Translations under genes and position numbers: made by a program
Notes under the pieces: generated by a model
The model's input: the letters and a program-made list of their open reading frames with translations, nothing else
Told to the model about the DNA's origin: nothing
Database searches by the model: none
Shown here: piece by piece, positions 55,171 to 64,000 of the stretch
Numbering within the stretch: the first letter of the stretch is position 1
Layout of the letters: every line of letters starts with the position of its first letter
IMG/VR virus record: IMGVR_UViG_3300043436_000696
From: an uncultured virus (IMG/VR IMGVR_UViG_3300043436_000696)
Taxonomy: Duplodnaviria; Heunggongvirae; Uroviricota; Caudoviricetes
Strand: one strand, 5' to 3'
Length of the DNA stretch: 64,000 nt

Positions 55171-57915
55171 ATGCAAGTATATAATGCTCTAGACCTAAAA
55201 GCGGGTAAAAAAGCTGATTATAATAAGATGGGTACTCTTACCCAGCCTATTCAGTTTTTACCTGAAAAAGAAAAAGATGATGAATGGAGAGCTTGGAACC
55301 TAGATTGGCTAGAGTTTCAGGGTATGAAACAACTTAGACGTAATGCTCGTAGACTTATGAAGAACTATAATCTTGCAAAAGGGATTATAGATAAACAAGA
55401 CTATATCATAGAAGAAGATAATGAAGTGGCTGATCTTATAGATACTTTGACTAAACAAGACGAATCTGCTTTAGAACTTAAGTTTTACCCTATTATTCCT
55501 AATGTAATCAATGTACTTACTAATGAATTTAGTAAACGTACTTCTAAGATTATGTTTAGAGCTATTGACGACATTTCTTATAATGAAATGTTAGAGGAAA
55601 AGCGTCAAATGGTAGAAGATGTTCTATTACAACAAGCTCAGCAGAAGATGTTTATGAACCTTGTTAATCAAGGAATGGACCCTGAATCAGAAGAAGCTCA
55701 ACAAATGCTATCTCCTGATAGTCTTAGAAGTCTTCCTGAAATTGAAGATTATTTTAAGAAAGACTACAGATCTATGATTGAAGAGTGGGCTACCCATCAG
55801 ATGAAGGTAGACACTGAAAAGTTTGGATTACAAGAATTAGAAGAGCGTGCATTTAGAGACATGCTTATTACAGATAGAGAATTCTGGCATTTTAAGATGA
55901 ATGAAGATGATTATGAGGTGGAGTTATGGAACCCACTTTTGACATTCTATCATAAGTCTCCAGATGTACGTTACATTTCTCAGGGTAACTGGGTAGGTAA
56001 AATGGATATGATGTCTGTATCAGACGTTATTGACAAGTTTGGTTGGATGATGAATCAAGAGCAGTTAGAAGCTCTAGAAGCTATCTATCCTGTAAGATCT
56101 GCGGGTTATGCTATCCAAGGTATGCAAAATGATGGTAGTTACTATGATCCTACCAGATCTCATGATTGGAATACTCAGATGCCAAGTCTTGGATATAGAC
56201 AATTTGCATCTATTTATGATAGTAAATTTGGTACAGGAGATATAGTTGAGTGGATCTTATCTGATTCAGAAGATACTATTGACTTTGGTAAAACTCATTT
56301 ATTGCGTGTATCTACAATCTATTGGAAGTCTCAACGTAAGGTGGGACACTTAACTAAGATTACAGAAGAAGGAGAAATTATTCAAGATATTATATCTGAA
56401 GAATATAAGGTTACTGATAAACCTCAATATAACACTGTTGTATATAAACAAAAATCTAAGGATAACTTAATTTTTGGAGAGCATATTGACTGGATTTGGA
56501 TTAACGAAACTTGGGGTGGTATTAAGATTGGACCTAACCGTCCTGCATTCTGGGGTATGAATAATCCAGGAGGTATTAACCCAATATATTTAGGTCTTAA
56601 TGGTGGTAAGCCAGGTAAGGTTCCTTTCCAATTTAAAGGTGATAGTACATTATATGGATGTAAACTTCCTGTAGAAGGAGCTGTATTTGGTGATAGAAAC
56701 ACTCGTAGTATTTCTTTAGTGGATCTTATGAAGCCTTATCAGATTGGTTATAATATTGTAAATAACCAAATAGCTGACATCCTTGTAGATGAATTAGGTA
56801 CAGTGATCATGCTAGATCAGAATTCTTTACCACGTCACTCTATGGGAGAAGATTGGGGTAAGAATAACTTATCTAAAGCCTACGTGGCTATGAAGAACTT
56901 CCAGATGTTACCATTAGATACTTCTATTACTAACACTGAGAATGCTCTTAACTTCCAACACTACCAAGTATTAAACTTAGAACAAACTAACCGTTTGCTT
57001 TCTCGTATCAATCTTGCTACATATTTTAAGAATCAAGCGTTTGAAGTGATTGGTTTGAACCAACAACGTATGGGTCAACAGATTGCTCAACAACAGACTG
57101 CTACAGGGGTAGAGCAAGCTATGAATGCTTCTTATGCACAGACAGAGCAGTATTTTATACAACATAGTGATTACTTGATGCCAAGAGTTCACCAAATGAG
57201 AACTGACTTAGCTCAATATTATCATTCTAAAAAGCCGTCTTTAAGACTTCAATATATTACAGGTAATGATGAAAAGATTAATTTCCAGATAAATGGAACA
57301 GATCTTTTAATGAGAGACTTTAATATATTCTGTACTACTAAGACTAATCAAAGATCTGTAATGGAGCAATTACGCCAGATTGCTGTTAATAATAATACAA
57401 CTGGAGCTTCTATATTTGATTTAGGAAACGTTATTAAAGCTGAGTCTATTGCTGAGTTAACTGGTGTTCTTAAGAATGCTGAAGAAAAAGCTAATGCTCT
57501 TAAGCAACAAGAACAAGAGGCTCAACAGAAAATGCAGGAAGAAATGCTTGCTTCTCAAGAGCGTCAGAAACAAATGGATCTTCAGTTTAAAGCTGAACAA
57601 GCTGACCTTGATAGACAAAATAATATTACTCTTGCTGAAATTAGATCAGCAGGTTATGGTGCTATGATGGATATTGACAAGAACCAAGTGTCTGACTATC
57701 AAGATGTTTTAGCTAATATTCAGAAGCAGCAAAGTTATCAAGATACAATGAGTTTTAAACGTGAGCAGGAAGTAAATAAGAACGCTACTAATGCTCAGAA
57801 ATTAGATATTGAGCGTCAGAAGTTACAAACTCAGAAAGAGATTGCTGATAAACAATTACAGATAGCTAAAGAAAATAAGAACAAATATGATGTTGGAGCT
57901 AAGAAGAAGAAATAA
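55171..57915 (+). CDS. Portal protein
   Basis: 914 aa immediately after TerL; FYPIIPNVIN.L..E, SLVDLMKPYQ..YN, Q/E-rich C-terminal coiled coil. Confidence 0.88.
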   Translation: MQVYNALDLKAGKKADYNKMGTLTQPIQFLPEKEKDDEWRAWNLDWLEFQGMKQLRRNARRLMKNYNLAKGIIDKQDYIIEEDNEVADLIDTLTKQDESALELKFYPIIPNVINVLTNEFSKRTSKIMFRAIDDISYNEMLEEKRQMVEDVLLQQAQQKMFMNLVNQGMDPESEEAQQMLSPDSLRSLPEIEDYFKKDYRSMIEEWATHQMKVDTEKFGLQELEERAFRDMLITDREFWHFKMNEDDYEVELWNPLLTFYHKSPDVRYISQGNWVGKMDMMSVSDVIDKFGWMMNQEQLEALEAIYPVRSAGYAIQGMQNDGSYYDPTRSHDWNTQMPSLGYRQFASIYDSKFGTGDIVEWILSDSEDTIDFGKTHLLRVSTIYWKSQRKVGHLTKITEEGEIIQDIISEEYKVTDKPQYNTVVYKQKSKDNLIFGEHIDWIWINETWGGIKIGPNRPAFWGMNNPGGINPIYLGLNGGKPGKVPFQFKGDSTLYGCKLPVEGAVFGDRNTRSISLVDLMKPYQIGYNIVNNQIADILVDELGTVIMLDQNSLPRHSMGEDWGKNNLSKAYVAMKNFQMLPLDTSITNTENALNFQHYQVLNLEQTNRLLSRINLATYFKNQAFEVIGLNQQRMGQQIAQQQTATGVEQAMNASYAQTEQYFIQHSDYLMPRVHQMRTDLAQYYHSKKPSLRLQYITGNDEKINFQINGTDLLMRDFNIFCTTKTNQRSVMEQLRQIAVNNNTTGASIFDLGNVIKAESIAELTGVLKNAEEKANALKQQEQEAQQKMQEEMLASQERQKQMDLQFKAEQADLDRQNNITLAEIRSAGYGAMMDIDKNQVSDYQDVLANIQKQQSYQDTMSFKREQEVNKNATNAQKLDIERQKLQTQKEIADKQLQIAKENKNKYDVGAKKKK

Positions 57916-57983
57916 TTATAGCTCTATTATCCAGACCTTAGATGATAATTTCTTAAAAAGTGTAAATTTTTAAGATTTAAGTT

Positions 57984-58000
57984 GTATATTTTTAATGTAG
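57984..58000 (+). promoter_or_regulatory. Putative late promoter
   Basis: GTATATTTTTAATGTAG before the scaffold/capsid genes. Confidence 0.55.
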
Positions 58001-58025
58001 AGATACACAATAAAAACCAAACAAA

Positions 58026-59306
58026 ATGACTGATAATCAAAACAATGTACAGACATCTGTACAACAAGTAGACCTTGACATTGATAGTTGGTTAGGAGCT
58101 CCAGGTGCAGACAGTATAGTTACACCTACAAGTGGTAATCCAACTGGAGAAACTACAGAGCTTAAACCTAACATCTTTAGCCAAGGAAAACCAGATCTTA
58201 GTTTCTTAGATAAAGAAGTTGAAGATACTGAAGAACATAAGGATAAAGACGGTAATGTCTTACCTAAAGTTACTAAAGAAGAAACTAAAGACCTTATTGA
58301 CAGTTTAGATGAAGATTCTAACAATGATCAAGATGAGGATGGAAAATCTAAAGGTGGAAGACCTAAGACAGAAAAGTCTGGCTTAGTAGAGTTTCTTAAA
58401 AAACGTATAGAATCAAAGGAAATGTTTGCCTTTGATGACTATGATGAAAGTAAACAAGATCTTGGAGAGTACTTAGGTACACTCTCAGAAAAAGATATAG
58501 ATGAGTTATGGCAAGCTAACATGGACAATTTAAAGTCTGAAGTTGCTGCTAAAACTCCACAAGAGTTCTTTGAATCTTTACCTGAAGAACTTCAGTATGC
58601 TGCTAAATATGTAATGGATGGTGGTACAGACTTAAAAGGAATGTTCCAAGCATTATCAGCAGTTGAACAAGTTCGTGAATTAGATCCTTCTAAAGAAAGT
58701 GATCAAGAACAGATTGTTCGTCAATATTTACAAGCAAGAGGAGAATCTTCTGAAGATATTGAAGATGAGATCTCTACTATTAAAGATTTAGGAGCTTTAG
58801 AAAAAAAGGCTAAGCAGTATAAACCTAAGTTAGACCAAATGCAAGAAGAGATTGTACAATCTCAGATTGCTGAACAAGAAGCTAGAAAAGTACAACAAGA
58901 GCAAGCTGCTGAAGCTTATATGAAAAATGTATTTGAAGCTTTAAGACCTGCGGAAATCAATGGTTTAAAGTTAGATAAGAAAACTCAAGCTCAATTGTAC
59001 AGTGGATTAGTACAACCTCAGTATCCTTCTATTAGTGGAAGACCTACTAATCAATTAGGACACTTATTAGAGAAGTATCAGTTTGTAGAACCAAACTATC
59101 CTTTAATAGCTGAAGCACTTTGGTTACTTTCTGATCCTGAAGCATATCGTCAAAATCTAGTTAAACAAGGTAAGAATCAAGCTGTTGAACAAACAGTTCG
59201 TACTTTAAAAACAGAACAATCTAGAAAGACAAGTAGTACTCATCAAGAAGATGATGAACCTAGATCTAGAAAGTTAGTAAGACCAACAAACATATTTAAA
59301 AGATAA
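58026..59306 (+). CDS. Acidic scaffold-like protein
   Basis: Highly acidic and helical; between portal and capsid, as in crAss-like gene order. Confidence 0.65.
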   Translation: MTDNQNNVQTSVQQVDLDIDSWLGAPGADSIVTPTSGNPTGETTELKPNIFSQGKPDLSFLDKEVEDTEEHKDKDGNVLPKVTKEETKDLIDSLDEDSNNDQDEDGKSKGGRPKTEKSGLVEFLKKRIESKEMFAFDDYDESKQDLGEYLGTLSEKDIDELWQANMDNLKSEVAAKTPQEFFESLPEELQYAAKYVMDGGTDLKGMFQALSAVEQVRELDPSKESDQEQIVRQYLQARGESSEDIEDEISTIKDLGALEKKAKQYKPKLDQMQEEIVQSQIAEQEARKVQQEQAAEAYMKNVFEALRPAEINGLKLDKKTQAQLYSGLVQPQYPSISGRPTNQLGHLLEKYQFVEPNYPLIAEALWLLSDPEAYRQNLVKQGKNQAVEQTVRTLKTEQSRKTSSTHQEDDEPRSRKLVRPTNIFKR

Positions 59307-59345
59307 ACTTTTTATAATTTCTAACCCTTAAAATTAAAAAGCCTT

Positions 59346-60965
59346 ATGGCAACTCCAGTTTTGAACAATGGTATATTTCTACGTGATACCAGTTATCAAA
59401 CAAGTTCACACGTAGATTCGTATCACCTTTCAAACTTACTGAAGTCAGCTGAACCTACAGACTTAGGTCCTGTAGATTTATGGGCTATGGCACAAAAAGT
59501 AGAAATGCCTTTGTACCAGATGTCTAGCTTCGGTGGTAAGAACGTTATCTCTGTAGATAATGCTCGTGGTGAGTACAAATGGCAGATCCCTGTAACTCAG
59601 GACTTGCCTTATATCGTGGAAGATATTGAATCAGCAAACCAAACTAAAGGTGTTGATGGTCAATCTTTCAAGATTAAATTGAATAAGCGTTCTTTTGGTC
59701 ATGGTGATATCATCACTTATGACAAGTACAATGGTGTTGAAATGTACATCACTGCTGACGATATTATCCCAGCTGGTGACGGTTTCATCTACACTGTACA
59801 ATTGGTAAACAACGACAACGCTAAGTACTTGGATAACAAATACTTAAAAGTTGGTACTAAAGTTTTCCGTAAAGGTTCTGCAAGAGGTGAATACGGTGAA
59901 AGATTCTCTGACATCGGTAACGTAAATGCAGGTTTCCGTGAATTCTACAACTATGTAGGTGGTGCTGAAGCTCACGTTCATTATTCTGTAAGCTCTAGAG
60001 CTGACTTGATGATGAAAGGTGGTATGAAAGCTGATGGTACAGTTCCTGTAGTTGAGCTTTGGAGAAACTTTGACAAGAGCGTAGATCCTTCTATTTCTAA
60101 CTTAGAAGACATGGCTTCTAAAATGGGTAAAGATTATGTAAAGAAAGCTTACCAATCTGGTCAGTTAACTCGTACATTCTTAACTACAATGGAAGCAGCT
60201 CATTTGAGCAAGATTGCTAATGACATTGAGACTTACTTAATGTGGGGTCAAGGTGGTAAAGTTAAGCAAGATGGTCCAGATGACATCAGATTGTCTGTAG
60301 GTTTATGGAAGCAGTTAGATAACTCTTACAAGCGTATTTACAACAAAGGTTCTTTCAACTTAGATTTGTTCAAGTCTGAAATCTTCAACTTCTTCAATGG
60401 TAAGGTTGAATTCCAAGGACCAGATCCTAAGCGTCAGTTGGTTGTACAAACTGGTTTAGGTGGTATGAAGTTGGTAAATGAAGCTATTAAGCGTGAAGCT
60501 ATCAACTCTGGTTTAGTAATCAATGCTTCTGAAATTGGTGCTATCACTGGTAAAGGTATGGACTTAAACTTTGGTTTTGCATACACTCAATACGTTATTC
60601 CTTTCTTAGCTAACGTTAAGTTTGTATTGAACCCAGCGTTTGATAACATCCACACTAATGACATTGAGAACCCAATCATTGATGGTTTCCCATTAAGTTC
60701 TTACAATTTCATTATCTTTGATATTACAGATAACACTAACGATAACATCTACTTGTTAAAGTTAAGTTGGGACAACCAATTAAAGTGGTTCTATCAAAAC
60801 GGTACAATGGATTACATGGGACGTACACAAGGATTCCAGTCTTCTGGAAACTTCAACGGATACCGTGTATTCATGACACAAACAATGCCAGCTATTTGGG
60901 TTAAAGATCCAACTAAGGTATTGAAGATCGTTATGAGAAACCCTGTAACTGGTGGCTCATTCTAG
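59346..60965 (+). CDS. Major capsid protein
   Basis: 539 aa, position after portal and scaffold, visibly biased codon use (C-ending codons), GLWKQL segment. Confidence 0.85.
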   Translation: MATPVLNNGIFLRDTSYQTSSHVDSYHLSNLLKSAEPTDLGPVDLWAMAQKVEMPLYQMSSFGGKNVISVDNARGEYKWQIPVTQDLPYIVEDIESANQTKGVDGQSFKIKLNKRSFGHGDIITYDKYNGVEMYITADDIIPAGDGFIYTVQLVNNDNAKYLDNKYLKVGTKVFRKGSARGEYGERFSDIGNVNAGFREFYNYVGGAEAHVHYSVSSRADLMMKGGMKADGTVPVVELWRNFDKSVDPSISNLEDMASKMGKDYVKKAYQSGQLTRTFLTTMEAAHLSKIANDIETYLMWGQGGKVKQDGPDDIRLSVGLWKQLDNSYKRIYNKGSFNLDLFKSEIFNFFNGKVEFQGPDPKRQLVVQTGLGGMKLVNEAIKREAINSGLVINASEIGAITGKGMDLNFGFAYTQYVIPFLANVKFVLNPAFDNIHTNDIENPIIDGFPLSSYNFIIFDITDNTNDNIYLLKLSWDNQLKWFYQNGTMDYMGRTQGFQSSGNFNGYRVFMTQTMPAIWVKDPTKVLKIVMRNPVTGGSF

Positions 60966-60978
60966 ATAAATTTACAAT

Positions 60979-61002
60979 CCTGGGAGGTAAAATCTCCCAG
61001 GC
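60979..61002 (+). terminator. Hairpin after capsid gene
   Basis: CCTGGGAG-gtaaaat-CTCCCAGG. Confidence 0.6.
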
Positions 61003-61149
61003 TCTTGTATCTATACCCTCCCTTAGGATAGTATCCTAAGAAAATCCAACCTGTTGTATGCAGACTGGCTGATCACCGGAGAGCTTGCAACTCTCAACAG
61101 GTTCAACATTAGGTCGTAAAGACCATGTATAAAAACCAAAAAACCAAAT

Positions 61150-62166
61150 ATGAGTAGTGTAACTATCGTGGAGAAGTATCCACAAAACAAAAGATCTAGT
61201 ATAGCTATTAGACCTTATTTTGATCCTGCAGTAGATAACATGGGATTACAAAAGTATGGTTTAAGTCTTTTTGACGGAGCGTTCCACGAGGAACAATTAG
61301 CTTGTTTAGAAATTAACGGTATTAAACGATACCTTACAGGTCTTAATGAGTTTGCTCCAGAAGTAAAGAACTTACCAATGGAAGAACAAGAAGCTAAGAT
61401 TAAAAGTATCCGTAGTATCATAGTACAGCTTGAACGTGAGTTAGCTGCTAATATGGTAGATCCATCGGATAAAGAATTTTGGAATAAGATTAAGTTGTTA
61501 AAACCAGATAATTCTGAGTTTTGGGATAAGATCAAAATTAGATGTGGTAATGAACCTGTATTTTTAGAGCCTGATAAAGATCCTTATGATTTAATCAGAC
61601 TATATGCTATAGAAGCAGGTGGGTTTTCAATAGTTGCTAAATCTTTAGAAGAAGCTAGAAGAATGCCAGTTCCTCCTAAGTTTTACTTAGATAAATTAGA
61701 GGAAACAGCAACACTTAATACTGAAGTTAAGAAGCTGAGAAACAAAGCGTTATCAGAACTTCAGAAGTTATTTGATAAGAATACCAATAAGTTATTTTAT
61801 ATAGCTAAGGTATTAGATGCAAATAGTGCTCAGTATAAGAAGTCAACTCCAAATGATATTGTTTATGATAACATGGACAAGTTTATTAATGGAGATTTAG
61901 TAGAGAAGAATAAGAAGAAAACAGCTGAAAGATTCCTAGATATAGTGAATCTTGACATGGAAACGTTAAAAATAAGAGCTATTGTAAAAGATAGTGGTTA
62001 TTATAAATTCATTGCTACAAAAGCTGACGGATTTATTTACCATATGGAAACAACAACCATGTTGGGAAGAACTCCTTCAGATGTGTTAGAGTACCTAAAG
62101 AATCCTTTGAATGAGGAGATTTTGGTAGATTTAACTAAAAAAGTAGAAAAATACTGGAATCAGTAA
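61150..62166 (+). CDS. Conserved structural-module protein downstream of capsid gene
   Basis: 338 aa; position in the crAss-like head module. Confidence 0.6.
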   Translation: MSSVTIVEKYPQNKRSSIAIRPYFDPAVDNMGLQKYGLSLFDGAFHEEQLACLEINGIKRYLTGLNEFAPEVKNLPMEEQEAKIKSIRSIIVQLERELAANMVDPSDKEFWNKIKLLKPDNSEFWDKIKIRCGNEPVFLEPDKDPYDLIRLYAIEAGGFSIVAKSLEEARRMPVPPKFYLDKLEETATLNTEVKKLRNKALSELQKLFDKNTNKLFYIAKVLDANSAQYKKSTPNDIVYDNMDKFINGDLVEKNKKKTAERFLDIVNLDMETLKIRAIVKDSGYYKFIATKADGFIYHMETTTMLGRTPSDVLEYLKNPLNEEILVDLTKKVEKYWNQ

Positions 62167-62172
62167 TAACAT

Positions 62173-62874
62173 ATGAACAATAGTACTTTACAAATTAAGT
62201 TTAAGCAGCGTCTGAATAAGCTAGATTCTATGGATTATGATAACATAGAATGCTGGCAAATAACAGAAGCTTTTAATAAAGCTCAGTTAGAATGGGCCCG
62301 TAGACAGTTACATGGTAACAACGGGTTAAAACAACTGCCTGAACAAAGTATTACTGCTATTGATGATTTACAAGTTTTATTAGTACAAAGAGATTTGAAA
62401 CTTAAAAACTTAGATCTGTTCTTTGAATCTTTAAAAATACCTGATGACTACTTACATTTTGTAAGAGTTAGTGGATATGCTAGTTCAGATTGCTGCCCTA
62501 GAAGACCACTATCTATTTACCAAGCTGAAGAAGCTAACGTAGATGTAATGTTATCAGATAGTTTTAAATCACCTTCTTTTGAATGGGCAGAAACGTTTTG
62601 TACAGTAATGGGAGATAAGATTAGAATTTATAGTGATAATAAGTTTGCTGTAGATGATGTGACTTTAACCTATTACAGAAAACCAAGAGCCGTTCAAATA
62701 TTAGGTTGTGTAGATCCAGCTAACGGATTACAGTTTAAAGCTAATCAAACCTGTGAGTTAAGAGATGATATTATAGAGATTATTATAGATGACGCTGTAG
62801 CAATATTAGCTGGAGACATGGATAATATGGGTCAGTATCAGAGAAATATTCAGAACGCACAAAGAAATAGTTAA
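62173..62874 (+). CDS. Putative head-tail connector/ring protein
   Basis: LNKLDS...FNKAQ...DDLQVL...P.DY...YYRKP...EII..AV pattern typical of crAss-like neck proteins. Confidence 0.65.
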   Translation: MNNSTLQIKFKQRLNKLDSMDYDNIECWQITEAFNKAQLEWARRQLHGNNGLKQLPEQSITAIDDLQVLLVQRDLKLKNLDLFFESLKIPDDYLHFVRVSGYASSDCCPRRPLSIYQAEEANVDVMLSDSFKSPSFEWAETFCTVMGDKIRIYSDNKFAVDDVTLTYYRKPRAVQILGCVDPANGLQFKANQTCELRDDIIEIIIDDAVAILAGDMDNMGQYQRNIQNAQRNS

Positions 62875-62876
62875 TA

Positions 62877-63287
62877 ATGCAGAAGTTACAAAGACCTAGT
62901 CAAATGGGACCGTGTACAGAAACCGCAGCTATGATAGCTAATGCACAAGCTCTTACATTGAGTATGCATCAGTTACATTTAAAAATTACAGGACCTGGTT
63001 CTTTTTCAGCTCATAAAGCTTTAAACGATTTTTATGATGGTATGCCAGGTTTAATTGATGCTGTAGCTGAGCAGTATCAAGGAGCTCGTGAGAAGCTTTT
63101 AGAGTATCCTACAGTAACACCTTATAAGTGTAAATCTGTACAAGAGGCTCTTTCTCACATGAAAGAATTATATACAGAAGTTAATGAGTTACAAAAGCTT
63201 ATGCCTTTTTCAGAAGTTACAAATCAACTAGATGAGGTAAAAAGTTTAATAGCTTCAACTAAGTATAAATTAATGTTCTTAAGTTAA
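62877..63287 (+). CDS. Ferritin/Dps-like (DUF5856-like) protein
   Basis: H.LH....SFSAHKALNDFYD...ID.VAE.YQG...N.LDE...I...KYKL.FL. Confidence 0.8.
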   Translation: MQKLQRPSQMGPCTETAAMIANAQALTLSMHQLHLKITGPGSFSAHKALNDFYDGMPGLIDAVAEQYQGAREKLLEYPTVTPYKCKSVQEALSHMKELYTEVNELQKLMPFSEVTNQLDEVKSLIASTKYKLMFLS

Positions 63288-63325
63288 ATTTTTTATTTAT
63301 TTATAACCCTTAAATTTAAAGCCCT

Positions 63326-64000
63326 ATGTATTTTCCAAATGCATTCCGCAAGTCTTTCTTGCCTGCTAGCACAACTTTAGCTAGCTCAGGATCAACTGCT
63401 GCTTTAACTGCTGGACAAATTGGTTTCTTTGATGCCAAAACGTTTGCTGCAGTTACTGCTCAAGCTGCTCCTTTTATCTTAGCTCAAGGTTCTTACTTTA
63501 CTAAAGACAAAATTGGTCCAGTTCACGGTGGATACCAAGAGTCTGTAAAGTCTAAAGTAATCAACCCTAAGTACATCAGTCGTCTTATCAAAGTTTCTGC
63601 TAAGACAGCTCAGAACCAAATTGTTAAAGTAGAAGCTAATGCTTGTGCAGGTCTTGCTTGTGATAGCACTATCCGTCTACGTCTTGACGTTAAAGGTTCT
63701 CCAGCACTTCGTTTCTTAAACCACCAGTTGTACAAAACATTGGATGCTTACACAGGATGCTGTGATTCATCTAATAGTGCTATTGATCACACTGTGGCTC
63801 TTTTGAAATGGGCTGACCAAATCAATGAAGCTCTTTTGTTAAAAGATTTTGTACAAGCAAAAGTATGGGTTGAAGCACACGCTAGCGTAGCTATTGATCC
63901 TACCGCAGCATCTGCAACAATTGTTGTAGCTAATGCTGACCGTACTAAGTTTACAGTTGGTGACAAGGTGGTTGCTGCTGGTATCCCTGCTAATACAGTT
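63326..64000 (+). CDS. Structural protein (3' truncated by window edge)
   Basis: MYFPNAFRKSFLPAS... open to the end of the window; leader shared with the capsid gene. Confidence 0.7.
   Translation, partial: MYFPNAFRKSFLPASTTLASSGSTAALTAGQIGFFDAKTFAAVTAQAAPFILAQGSYFTKDKIGPVHGGYQESVKSKVINPKYISRLIKVSAKTAQNQIVKVEANACAGLACDSTIRLRLDVKGSPALRFLNHQLYKTLDAYTGCCDSSNSAIDHTVALLKWADQINEALLLKDFVQAKVWVEAHASVAIDPTAASATIVVANADRTKFTVGDKVVAAGIPANTV

Noticed and set aside
2446..58324. Numerous short ORFs antisense or out of frame within long genes (e.g. 2446, 6858, 17505, 25417, 28419, 28725, 31779, 54381, 56424, 58037)
   Set aside because: They are shadow frames of well-supported genes, with atypical composition and no leader signals.
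52861..60965. Introns or inteins in TerL, portal or capsid (also checked PolB)
   Set aside because: The frames are continuous, of plausible length, and show no intein terminal motifs or homing-endonuclease inserts.
1..64000. Stop-codon reassignment (TAG/TGA), known in some crAss-like phages
   Set aside because: Long genes are intact in the standard code, and TAG ends real genes (e.g. the capsid gene at 60963-60965). No suppressor tRNA was seen.

Overview
The window is 64 kb of an AT-rich, tailed dsDNA phage genome with the gene content and order of crAss-like (Crassvirales-type) phages. Several TAnnTTTG promoter boxes and A-rich, SD-less gene leaders point to a Bacteroidota host. Left to right: (1) the C-terminal part of a giant virion protein (<1-4055, +). 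(2) A minus-strand replication/nucleotide operon (4-20.7 kb): PolB, primase, DnaB, AAA_24, PD-(D/E)XK, HNH, dNMP kinase, spore-photoproduct-lyase-like radical SAM, metallophosphoesterase and a DnaA-domain-IV protein. (3) A plus-strand island (20.8-29.6 kb): a lysis cassette with a GH19 endolysin, followed by an unusual envelope module (two CsgG-like paralogues, a cohesin-dockerin protein, a lipoprotein, membrane proteins, a Ser-rich beta-barrel). (4) Minus-strand middle/early genes (29.6-47.5 kb): vWA+MoxR, UDG, SF2 helicase, a tmRNA with an exceptionally long tag, a degenerate tRNA, several structured non-coding blocks, and an array of nine ACCCCTGA-headed transcription units, two of them non-coding. 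(5) Plus-strand late genes (47.7-64 kb): GNAT, HU-like, PD-(D/E)XK, SET domain, an atypical long-variable-arm tRNA(GTC), TerL, portal, scaffold-like protein, major capsid, structural genes and a ferritin-like protein. All product calls come from motifs and gene order read by eye; no database search was run.
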